This document shows positions 46,482 through 54,982 of a stretch of DNA of 64,000 nucleotides, in pieces (the first letter of the stretch is position 1; every line of letters begins with the position of its first letter). The stretch is from Candidatus Falkowbacteria bacterium (GTDB lineage: Bacteria > Patescibacteriota > Patescibacteriia > Patescibacteriales > WJLG01). The DNA is taken from assembly GCA_963747695.1 (NCBI GenBank), contig CAVVFV010000010.1, positions 164,451 to 228,450 of the forward strand. Direction: 5' to 3'. Made by a program: the position numbers and the translations under genes. The notes beneath the pieces are model-generated. The model did not search any database and was not told where the DNA came from. It was given only the letters and a program-made list of their open reading frames with translations.

Positions 46482-47138
46482 CTATTGGATGTGATAAACA
46501 TTGTAGCCCAGTTTTTGGTTAGCCGACGTAGGCCTGGTAAATGCGTAAAAGTCGGAATACGACACGAAGTGGGTAGAGATATAATTTTCTTTTGGCGGAT
46601 TGTTTGCCGGTGCCGCGACAAAATTACAATCCAGCATGTAAAAACCTTTCACGCCGCCCACTGTTACGTTTCCGTTTAGAAAAAAAGAAGTGTGCTGAGT
46701 AGGGTGATAGGTACCGTCAGCCCAGCGAACATTCCAATACATTTGGATAATGTCAGCTGGGACGCAATATTCGACCATTGTGCTTCTGCCTTGGATCGGC
46801 ATACATGGGGCATCCTGCCACATGCTCATGTTATTCGGATAATATGCCGGAATCTGGACGGCTTGTCCGCTTGCCGTCAAAACGACATGAGACACCCAAC
46901 CCCAACACTGCCCCGTGTTGTGGCCACCAATTTCGGAATTTGCTTTGGCAAGAATCTTACTGTCCCTAGTCGCTTGCGGCAATGCTTCCCACGTCTTCAT
47001 TGCCGTTGATTGCGTGCAACCAGAAGAAAGTGCTGCTATGGGTTGTGCGGATTGTTCTTTACTGCTATTTACGGGATTATTACTGCATCCCAAAACAACA
47101 AACAGAAAAGCAAGTGAAACAAATAGATTGGTTTTCAT
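46482..47138 (-). CDS. cassette gene B1: CHAP-domain (Cys/His amidohydrolase-peptidase-like) lipoprotein
   Basis: Signal plus lipobox ...VLGCSNNPVNSSKEQ. GQCWGWVSHVV (CHAP Cys motif) and ...TQHTSFFLNG (His). Paralog of B2. Confidence 0.6.
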   Translation of the reverse strand: MKTNLFVSLAFLFVVLGCSNNPVNSSKEQSAQPIAALSSGCTQSTAMKTWEALPQATRDSKILAKANSEIGGHNTGQCWGWVSHVVLTASGQAVQIPAYYPNNMSMWQDAPCMPIQGRSTMVEYCVPADIIQMYWNVRWADGTYHPTQHTSFFLNGNVTVGGVKGFYMLDCNFVAAPANNPPKENYISTHFVSYSDFYAFTRPTSANQKLGYNVYHIQ

Positions 47139-47419
47139 GCCAATCCTCCTTTGGTTTAGAATGGTTTAGTTTCCTGACAATAGTAATCAATTTTGAAAAG
47201 AACGAGCGTAAAAGAACCGGAACTAACTGGTATTCGCTTTCATCTCAATCTCCTTGTTAAGATTATACGATTTATTAACTATAATTAATAGGTTAGCAAA
47301 AAAAAAATGGCCTTTGTCAAATTTTTCAATAATTTAAGCCTAAAATTTTACTGGCACCAACCTTTTCCATTTCCGAATATCCTGGATGATGGGGTGTAAA
47401 TTCTCAATACAGTAGTCTA

Positions 47420-47633
47420 CGTAAAAGAAAACACTCGACCTCGGTCGAGTGTTTTCTTTTACGTAATTTCGGGAGTCGAACTGGTTGCGAGCGAGCTATG
47501 AGCCGCGAGGGAACGAGCGGCGAATAAGCGAGCGACGCCAGACGCAACCAACGGGAGCGTTTGGCGGCAACCCCGGACAAAGGAGCGAGGCGGTTTCCGC
47601 CGCCGAGCGACTGCGACGACTCCCCTAGGGACT
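47420..47633 (+). other. structured element X, copy 2
   Basis: cgtaaaagaaaacactcgacctcggtcgagtgttttcttttacgtaatttcgggagtcgaactggttgcgagcg...cgactgcgacgactcccctagggact. Confidence 0.8.
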
Positions 47634-47696
47634 ACGGATATAAAAAAGACTGATACTATCAGTCTTTTTTATTTGAATCGTTCCAATTTGTTCGAA

Positions 47697-48371
47697 CTAT
47701 TTTGTAAACCTAAAAGTTTCAATTATTGCCTTCATCATTGCATACTGATCAAGTAAATCACTATTCAAATCCATGGCACCAAAACCGAAAACATCATCGC
47801 CCTTTTTAACATAAGCACCATAAATCCCGTGTGACAATCCAACAAATGCTCCGTCGCTCGACGGAATGTTTATCTCCATTATTTGCGCGGGGTTATCCTT
47901 CGCTTCCTGGCGATATTTTTTAAGCCAAACTTCTGGTGATGAAGTGTCATGAATAATGCCAATTGCTGTAGGAGCATTAAATTTTTCATCGCTATTTGGC
48001 ATTATCAATAACTCGGTGCCATTTAAAAGATCGAGTTTCCCCGTAAAATTCCATCCCGCCGGAGCACTAATTTCAAAACCATACTTTTCATCCTTGTAAA
48101 TTTGCCAATTATTTTTATCTATTTTCACAGCGTTTATTTCTGCAAAGGTTGGATATGCTAAATTTGGAGATGAAGATGCTATCGTCCCCAAATTTGAGCT
48201 GCTAGCAACATTGTTCTGCTGGTTAATTAAAGAACTCGAAGAAGCAATTTTATTGACCTGATTTGCCCTATTCTTTTGATAACTTTTTTTCAATGGATAC
48301 TCTTTTAAAACAACAACTCCGACTACAAGTAAAATAACTGCCAGCCAAATTAAGATTGTTTTTTTCTTCAT
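47697..48371 (-). CDS. cassette gene A2 (paralog of A1)
   Basis: 224 aa, same architecture and conserved C-terminus. Confidence 0.6.
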   Translation of the reverse strand: MKKKTILIWLAVILLVVGVVVLKEYPLKKSYQKNRANQVNKIASSSSLINQQNNVASSSNLGTIASSSPNLAYPTFAEINAVKIDKNNWQIYKDEKYGFEISAPAGWNFTGKLDLLNGTELLIMPNSDEKFNAPTAIGIIHDTSSPEVWLKKYRQEAKDNPAQIMEINIPSSDGAFVGLSHGIYGAYVKKGDDVFGFGAMDLNSDLLDQYAMMKAIIETFRFTK

Positions 48372-48452
48372 ATAAATATAAAAATTATTTAAATTTAAAA
48401 ATTGGAATGGTGTATTCTGCTAAACACCATTCCAGCTAACTAATTGCTATTG

Positions 48453-49136
48453 TCACTGAATCTGATATACCGAAAAACCCAAAAGTGGATTATTCACGGT
48501 GGCGGTGGTAAATAATTTGAAATCCGCGTAGGTCACTTTATGAACACTAACCGTGTACTTCGGGCTAAAATTACAATCAATCCACATCATGCAATTTTTA
48601 GTGTCGTCCGTATAGCCACTTGTATTACTTACAACAATTGCAGTGTGTGGGCCTTGGGGACCCAAAGATCCGTTGGCTAACCTTGGTGTCCACCAAAGCT
48701 GAAATATTTGGCCAGGCGCAACCCAAGGAAGTGATGAAGCATTGCTATAAAGCTTTACGACTTGGCTGTTAAAGCAATCTGCACTTAACCATGAATAATA
48801 GTTGGGGGTGCCGCCATGATCACAAGTATTGGCACCGATCGTGATGCCGCTAACCGGCAAAACAACATACGATTGCACCCAAGGCTTACACTCAACGGGC
48901 GGAATGTAGTTACTATAGTTGTTACCATTCATTGCTTGCGCAAAGGCCAAAAGCTTCGCATTTTTTTGCGGTTGCGACAGTAAATTCCAGGCCTGCAAGG
49001 TAGGCGTTATCGTACAAGTGGTGGCTACTGCTGCAAGTGGTTGAACCAACTGTTCTTTACTGCTATTCACGGGATTATTACTGCATCCCAAAATTGCAGC
49101 TGACAAGACAAGAGCAAAACAAAGATATTTTTTCAT
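48453..49136 (-). CDS. cassette gene B2: CHAP-domain lipoprotein (paralog of B1)
   Basis: Identical lipobox region ILGCSNNPVNSSKEQ. CKPWVQSYVV and GPHTAIVVSN motifs. Confidence 0.6.
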   Translation of the reverse strand: MKKYLCFALVLSAAILGCSNNPVNSSKEQLVQPLAAVATTCTITPTLQAWNLLSQPQKNAKLLAFAQAMNGNNYSNYIPPVECKPWVQSYVVLPVSGITIGANTCDHGGTPNYYSWLSADCFNSQVVKLYSNASSLPWVAPGQIFQLWWTPRLANGSLGPQGPHTAIVVSNTSGYTDDTKNCMMWIDCNFSPKYTVSVHKVTYADFKLFTTATVNNPLLGFSVYQIQ

Positions 49137-49476
49137 ATCCAGCCCTTTGGTTGCTGAGTTGATGGTTTAATGATCTGACAATAGTAATCAATTTTTAAAA
49201 GAACAAATACTGAAAGAACATTAGCTTGAATCCATTTTTTCGCCTCCCTGTTAGAATTATACGGTTTATTAATGACTATTAACAGAGTAGCAAAAAAAAA
49301 ATGACATTCGTCAAATTTTTCAATAATTTAAGCCTAAAATTTCACTTATATAAATATCATCCATTTCTTAATATCCGCGATAATAGGATGTAAATTCTCA
49401 ATACAGTAGTCTACTGAAAATAAAATACCGCCACGCAAATTCGCGGGCGGTATAAATTATTCTGCTAAAAAAGAGC

Positions 49477-49866
49477 TTAGGCTTTACTCCGGATACCTCT
49501 GACAGCGCCGCTTTCGATGAGCGCGTCCACCAAACACAACGGCATTCGGATCTCCTGCATCCCCACATCTATTCCGCAGTTGACGGCTTTGACGTAGATT
49601 TCTTTTTGAAAATCATAGCCGGCTTTGGATATCGTGGCATGGAGAGCTTCCGAACACACGCGTGAAATCCTTTGCGTAAAATAGTCCGAGACATCGTAAG
49701 CAAAGGCCAAGGCCAGCTCCCTGGTCAAGGGCGCGGAAAGATCAGTCTCGGCCGTTTCTCCGCCTGAGAGCGAATCCCATTCGGCAAAAAAGGACTGTGC
49801 TTCAGAAACATTTGATTTTCTTACCAGCTCAAGGAAATCACCGTAAGTCTTATTTTCTCTGGACAT
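49477..49866 (-). CDS. hypothetical protein
   Basis: AAGGAGG RBS 7 nt upstream of MSRENKTYGDF... (start trimmed from the longer ORF). Own hairpin terminator at ~49440-49476. Confidence 0.5.
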   Translation of the reverse strand: MSRENKTYGDFLELVRKSNVSEAQSFFAEWDSLSGGETAETDLSAPLTRELALAFAYDVSDYFTQRISRVCSEALHATISKAGYDFQKEIYVKAVNCGIDVGMQEIRMPLCLVDALIESGAVRGIRSKA

Positions 49867-49979
49867 TCTTATCCTCCTTTGGGGTTTATTTCTCCCCAGC
49901 TTAACAAAATTGGGCATCGATGTCAAAATACAAAAAATCCGACCTGCAGCCGGATTTTTTATTTGAATTTTTTGAAAAT

Positions 49980-50588
49980 TCACCCCATCGCTTCTTCGAA
50001 TTTTTTATTCAAGACATCCCAATTCAGATTCTTGAAGAAGTCATTGATATACGATTTGCGATCCGAGCCGTAATCGATGAAATAGGCATGCTCATAGCAA
50101 TCGCAGACCAAGATCGGTTCAGCTCCCCAAACCGCGCCCTGATTGTGCACGTCGCACATATAGATTTTGATCTTTTCCGCCTGGCAATCATAGGATAAGA
50201 CGAGCCAGCCGCGGGTGGCCAGGCACGAAGCTTTGAAATAGCGTTCAAAGTTCTCGTAGCTGTCCCATTTTTCTTCGATCGCTTTTTTCAACTTTCCGCC
50301 CGGAACGCCGTCGCCGCTCAGAGCGTCAAAATAATGCTCATGGAGATAAACCGCATTGACCGCGAAAGTTTCAGCATCACGCAAAGACCGGAGATCATGG
50401 AAAGTCGGATTGACAGTTTCCACGTCGCCGCCGCCTTCGCCGTAAACGTGCAATTTGTCGTGGATCTCGTTGGCTTTGCTGACATAGCCTTTGTAAAGCT
50501 TGTTGTAATGAATGTCTAAGGTTTTTTGGGAAATTCCCGATACCTTGGAAAAATCATAAGTTTTGGCTTCTAATTTTGTCCCTTGCAT
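49980..50588 (-). CDS. Fe/Mn superoxide dismutase
   Basis: ...LDIHYNKLYKGYV...HDLRSL...AVNAVYLHEHYF...WGAEPILVCDCYEHAYFIDYGSDRKSYI... Confidence 0.9.
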   Translation of the reverse strand: MQGTKLEAKTYDFSKVSGISQKTLDIHYNKLYKGYVSKANEIHDKLHVYGEGGGDVETVNPTFHDLRSLRDAETFAVNAVYLHEHYFDALSGDGVPGGKLKKAIEEKWDSYENFERYFKASCLATRGWLVLSYDCQAEKIKIYMCDVHNQGAVWGAEPILVCDCYEHAYFIDYGSDRKSYINDFFKNLNWDVLNKKFEEAMG

Positions 50589-50732
50589 AAATTTTTCAAC
50601 GCCGATTAATTTTAAAAAACCGTCGGCGCCCCCTGCTTAAAAATTATATTTAAATACTTTGTTTATGATAATTTAATCGAGGGATCCCTCGACAGGGCTC
50701 GGGATGACAATGTTTCTAAAATCGAAACATTG

Positions 50733-51263
50733 TCATTTTTCAAATTTTTTCTTCATCTCCTCGTCCAAAGCGATATGGTCTTTTTCCACATTCATGATCG
50801 CTTCAAAAACTTCGCGGACTCTAGCTTCGGTCGCTTCGGCCAATGCCCGGGAATAAAATTCTACTGCGTGATTTTCCCGGCGATAGGAATCTTCGATGCA
50901 ATCGGCCGGATCGGCCGGACAGTCTTCTTTGACTTCCGGAGTCGTTGCCAATTTTAATAATTTCCGGAAAACCGAGGCATGTTCCCGCTCCACCTTGGCC
51001 AGGCCTTTGAACATCTTGGCCGCTTCCTTATTAGTCAGCTTGTCAGCCGCGCAGAAATAAAAAGCGGTGTTGGATAATTCCAGCTGCAAAGCATCTTCCA
51101 GATTCTTCCGGCTTTTCTCGCTTACCGCCACGCCGATATTCTCATCTTCCCAATCGTGGGCGAATTTCAATTGCTCGGCCGCCACGCCGCAGAACGGACA
51201 AGAAGCCGGTTTCTCTTTTCCCAGATAAACTTCCCCGCAAATGTTACAGACAAAAATTTTCAT
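50733..51263 (-). CDS. rbr: reverse rubrerythrin (N-terminal rubredoxin-like CxxC...CxxC, C-terminal ferritin-like)
   Basis: MKIFVCNICGEVYLGKEKPASCPFCG then E..H di-iron motifs (...VEREHASVF..., ...NVEKDHIALDEE...). Confidence 0.8.
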   Translation of the reverse strand: MKIFVCNICGEVYLGKEKPASCPFCGVAAEQLKFAHDWEDENIGVAVSEKSRKNLEDALQLELSNTAFYFCAADKLTNKEAAKMFKGLAKVEREHASVFRKLLKLATTPEVKEDCPADPADCIEDSYRRENHAVEFYSRALAEATEARVREVFEAIMNVEKDHIALDEEMKKKFEK

Positions 51264-51378
51264 AAAAATCGGCTTAATTATTGCTAATGATATTTTAGCA
51301 CAAAATCAAAAGCTATCAAATCCAATTTATACTAACTAACAAGCTGACGCGGAATTAATGGATAAAAAATCGCCTACC

Positions 51379-51996
51379 CTAAGGTAAGCGATCAAACTTG
51401 GCTTTCATTTTGTCAAGAAAGAACGGATAGAGATAGGCGTCATACATCGCCCGGCAGGAAGCGATCAGAATATTGCTATGGGCGCCCAGCGTTTTCCACT
51501 CGATCTCGCCGTTGGAAAAGTATACCGAAACCTGCATTCGCGCTCCCGACCCATTTTTTTTGTCCAGATCGACTGTTTCGTAATCGACTAGCTTAATCGG
51601 TTCGACGATGTGACCGAGGTCAGGAAACAAATCTTCCAGCCCTTTCGCAAAGCACCTGTCCAGGGCATTGACCGGACCATTGCCTTCGGAAACATAGAGC
51701 TCGGTTTTTCCCGCGACGGAAAGCTTAATGTTCACTTCGCACGATTCCCGGTTCCGATCGTCAACGCCGGCCAAAGAATGCCACGAAACGACCCTGAAGG
51801 TGGGATTGAACAGTCCCAGTCGGAACGACAGCCAAAGCTGCAAGGAAGCCTGCGCGTTCGCCGCCATAAAATCCATTCCTTGTTTTTCATTGGCCCGGAA
51901 CGCCGCGGCAAATTCGCCGTTGCGGGATTCAGGAATCATCGCGATCAGCTCGTGCGTCAGATAATTGAGCCGGCTGGCATTTCTAAGTTTTTTCAT
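51379..51996 (-). CDS. hypothetical protein resembling the LeuA C-terminal allosteric/dimerisation domain
   Basis: ...GNGPVNALDRCFAKGLEDLFPDLGHIVEPIKLVDYETVDLDKKNGSGARMQVSVYFSNGEIEWKTLGAHSNILIASCRAMYDAYLY... Weak recollection-based call. Confidence 0.35.
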   Translation of the reverse strand: MKKLRNASRLNYLTHELIAMIPESRNGEFAAAFRANEKQGMDFMAANAQASLQLWLSFRLGLFNPTFRVVSWHSLAGVDDRNRESCEVNIKLSVAGKTELYVSEGNGPVNALDRCFAKGLEDLFPDLGHIVEPIKLVDYETVDLDKKNGSGARMQVSVYFSNGEIEWKTLGAHSNILIASCRAMYDAYLYPFFLDKMKAKFDRLP

Positions 51997-52122
51997 CCTT
52001 AATCCTTTCGTTGCTAAAGTGCGAAAGATCGTCCCGCAGCGAGACGATCTTTTTTATGTCATTGCTTGGCAATTTGCCTCTGTCAGCATTTTAACCAAAA
52101 AAAATTATTCCTGTCAAGCCGG

Positions 52123-53196
52123 CTAACCTAATTTTTTCTTAAACCAATTTACCGACTGGATCGAGATGGGATCGACTTTGTTCAGCCCGGCCAAATAAAA
52201 GGTTATCCAGGAACCGAGCTGTAAAAGTTCGGCCGCCGCTCCCAGCTTGGTTTTACTCTGCAATCTAAGTTCGATGCTATCGATCCGGTTTTTTTGGATG
52301 ATCTCCCGCGTCAGGCGGCTGCGTTTCTTTATTCGCGGATGATCGAGATCGCTTTTCACAAAAATAAAAATCAAATTTTTCTTATTGGTCGGCGGATTGG
52401 TTAATCCTTCCAGGGCATAATGATTCAGATCGGGCAGCACCAGATAATCGGCGAAATTCTTGCTCGTTTCGCAAAACATATTGCGCCAGGCGTGCAAATT
52501 CCCCTCGATAAATTCCGCGCCGACCAGGATAATTTCCCGGCCGTAAATCTTTTGCGCCGCCAAGCGGGCCGGATTACGGCGCGGGTCAGCCGATAAAATC
52601 AACTGGGAATTATTTTTTTCCAAAGCCGAAACGATCCGCGCAATTTCTTTTTGGTCGATCTTGATTACTCCGGCTCGGCCAAGCAACGCCAATAAAGCGA
52701 AGACGGCATAGCCCAAACCCAGCCGCGGTTGGCGGGAAGGATTTTTTGTCGTACTAAAGATAAATCCTGGCAAATTTTCTTTCTTAAGCAAAGCCGCCAA
52801 TTTATTATCAGTTCCTTGCTCAGTCAAACCAGCGATCTTAGCTCCGCTTTTTTTGGCAGCCGCAAAAGCGCTCAAGGGCTCCTCGGTATTGCCGGAATAG
52901 GAAGAAATCAGATAAAGAGTCTCTCGATCGACATACCCGGGCACTTGATAGCCGGGTTCAATCAAGATCGGAACTTTGAGTTTATCCTTGAAAACCGCGG
53001 CGACGATGCGCGCGCCCAGATTCGAACCGCCCATCCCGTTCACTACCACGCGATTTATTTTTTTATAGGCCGGGGGCAATTTTAATTCCGCCGCCTGCTT
53101 CATTATATCGGCAATCTGCGCCGGCAAGGAAGCAATCGAATCAGCGACTTTTTCTTCATTTATTTTTTTAGTATTCTTGAGATTCATATATTTCAT
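52123..53196 (-). CDS. bifunctional phosphoglucose/phosphomannose isomerase (archaeal-type SIS-domain PGI/PMI)
   Basis: ...RVVVNGMGGSNLGARIVAAV...LYLISSYSGNTEE...AKIAGLT... SIS domain plus C-terminal PGI/PMI region. Start may be the second Met (53187). Confidence 0.7.
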   Translation of the reverse strand: MKYMNLKNTKKINEEKVADSIASLPAQIADIMKQAAELKLPPAYKKINRVVVNGMGGSNLGARIVAAVFKDKLKVPILIEPGYQVPGYVDRETLYLISSYSGNTEEPLSAFAAAKKSGAKIAGLTEQGTDNKLAALLKKENLPGFIFSTTKNPSRQPRLGLGYAVFALLALLGRAGVIKIDQKEIARIVSALEKNNSQLILSADPRRNPARLAAQKIYGREIILVGAEFIEGNLHAWRNMFCETSKNFADYLVLPDLNHYALEGLTNPPTNKKNLIFIFVKSDLDHPRIKKRSRLTREIIQKNRIDSIELRLQSKTKLGAAAELLQLGSWITFYLAGLNKVDPISIQSVNWFKKKLG

Positions 53197-53355
53197 TATA
53201 TCATAATTAGTTAATTAGTTAATTAGCCGATCAGTTGATTGAAAAATAAGTCCGAAAACTAATTAGCCAATCGACCAATCGGCTAATTTCCAATATTGAC
53301 TTCCCACTGATAAAAGGCCAATATATAAGTAGTAAATAACTAATTATAAAAAAAT

Positions 53356-54177
53356 ATGTTCAACTTCCTCCACACCTTCTCGCCCACGCCGATTCTCGTT
53401 TCATTCGGCCCGCTGCGGGTTTACTGGTACGGTTTATTCGTGGTTTTAGGCATCCTGACCGCGCTGACCGTCTCTTTGAAACTGGCCAAGAAATTCGGAC
53501 TTTCGCCGAACAAAATCTTTGATCTGTCTTTCTGGATGATCGTGGCCGGCATCATCGGCGCCCGGATTTATCATGTCCTTTTGGAATGGAACTATTACAG
53601 CCAGGATTATTGGAGCATCTTGAAAGTCTGGCAGGGAGGAATGGCGATCCACGGCGGCTTGATCGCCGGCGCGCTGGTCTTGATCTATTTTTGTTGGAAA
53701 GAAAAAGTTAATTTCTGGCTGCTGGCGGCGGTCTTCGCGCCCGGCGTCGCTTTGGGACAAGCAATCGGCCGCTGGGGAAATTATTTCAACCAGGAACTTT
53801 TCGGCACGCCGACCAATCTGCCCTGGGGAATTCCGATCGACTTTATGAACCGCCCCGACCGCTATCTGTCGGCCGATTATTTTCATCCCACTTTCCTTTA
53901 CGAATCGCTCGGCGATCTGCTGATCTTCGCCGTCCTGATGCTGATCGTCGTCCAATTCCTCAAGAAAAAATGGACGAACTACAAAATTATTTTCCTCACC
54001 TATCTTATTTTATATTCGGCTTTAAGATTCAGTACGGAATTTTTGCGCACCGATACGACCGCCTATTTTTTCGGTTACCGCTGGCCGCAGGTAATCAGCC
54101 TGCTGATCATTGCCGTATCGCTGATCCTCTTATTCTTTCCCCGAAAGAAAAGGGTCGAGTTGGATATATCAAAATAA
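53356..54177 (+). CDS. lgt: prolipoprotein diacylglyceryl transferase
   Basis: ...YGLFVVLGILTALTVSL...IGARIYHVL...WQGGMAIHGGLIAGAL...GRWGNYFNQELFG... Lgt signature region. Confidence 0.9.
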   Translation: MFNFLHTFSPTPILVSFGPLRVYWYGLFVVLGILTALTVSLKLAKKFGLSPNKIFDLSFWMIVAGIIGARIYHVLLEWNYYSQDYWSILKVWQGGMAIHGGLIAGALVLIYFCWKEKVNFWLLAAVFAPGVALGQAIGRWGNYFNQELFGTPTNLPWGIPIDFMNRPDRYLSADYFHPTFLYESLGDLLIFAVLMLIVVQFLKKKWTNYKIIFLTYLILYSALRFSTEFLRTDTTAYFFGYRWPQVISLLIIAVSLILLFFPRKKRVELDISK

Positions 54178-54822
54178 TTTGAGGCTGGCTTTTCATCCCG
54201 CCCCAGTTTTTATATAAAATAATTTCACTATCCGCTATAATTATTTTTTGATAATTTATCGTCTACCCCGTTTACCAACAAAACTGGCGGCGGGATTATA
54301 CGATCCCTTTCTCGCCTTCCCTCGCCCCTAGCGAGGGGCGAGGTCGGCTCAAAGGGCTTGCGTATAAAAAAGGGGAGAAGCCGATCATCGATCAGCCCTC
54401 CCCTGCTCAAAATGCGAAATCCTGAAAAGGAGTTGCGGAGCTCCCCGCGGAAATAAACCACCGTAAAAAGAGGTCTCGAACCTCATCAAGAGTCCGTTAC
54501 CAGACTCAGGGATTCCATGGTGATCCTTCGCATTTTGAAAAAAATATTTTTTCCTCTTTAATATAGAGAGGGAAGTTGTTGTCCTTCCCTCCCTCGCCCT
54601 TTACTGGCAGGAAGCCTGAAACGTACTGAGGAAAAAAATCGTCCCAGGCACTTTTACCCTATCGCAGGAAAAACAAACAGTCAATCCTCTTGTCTTAAAG
54701 ATAAATTATTGATAGATTATATTTTAGGAATTGAATGAAAAAGAGAATATAAAATCTTAGATCGCCTTTGGCGGGCTTTGCCTCGCCGAAGTCCCGCCTT
54801 GGCAGGACGAAGGCGGGTATCG

Positions 54823-54849
54823 TATATCGGTATTACCCCAGCTTTCTCC
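54823..54849 (+). other. partial duplicate of the tRNA-Gly 5' half (GCGGGTATCGTATATCGGTATTACCCC)
   Basis: Compare with the tRNA 5' end GCGGGTATCGTATAGCGGTTATTATGCC, 60 nt downstream. Confidence 0.6.
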
Positions 54850-54907
54850 CCGCTACGCCGCGCGGCGCGGCTTCGGGGGACAAGCAAGCTTACAAAAACA
54901 AATAAAC

Positions 54908-54982
54908 CGCGGGTATCGTATAGCGGTTATTATGCCAGTTTTCCAAACTGGTCATAGGGGTTCGACTCCCCTTACCCGCTCC
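54908..54982 (+). tRNA. tRNA-Gly (anticodon TCC), CCA encoded
   Basis: GCGGGTATCGTATAGCGGTTATTATGCCAGTTTTCCAAACTGGTCATAGGGGTTCGACTCCCCTTACCCGCTCCA. Acceptor GCGGGTA/TACCCGC, anticodon stem CCAGT/ACTGG with loop TTTCCAA. Confidence 0.85.

Noticed and set aside
54411-54538. SRP RNA / RNase P RNA assignment for the closed 128-nt domain
   Set aside because: I could not find the conserved SRP domain IV (GGAA tetraloop / AGCAGCC) or RNase P P4 motifs. Left as unclassified structure.
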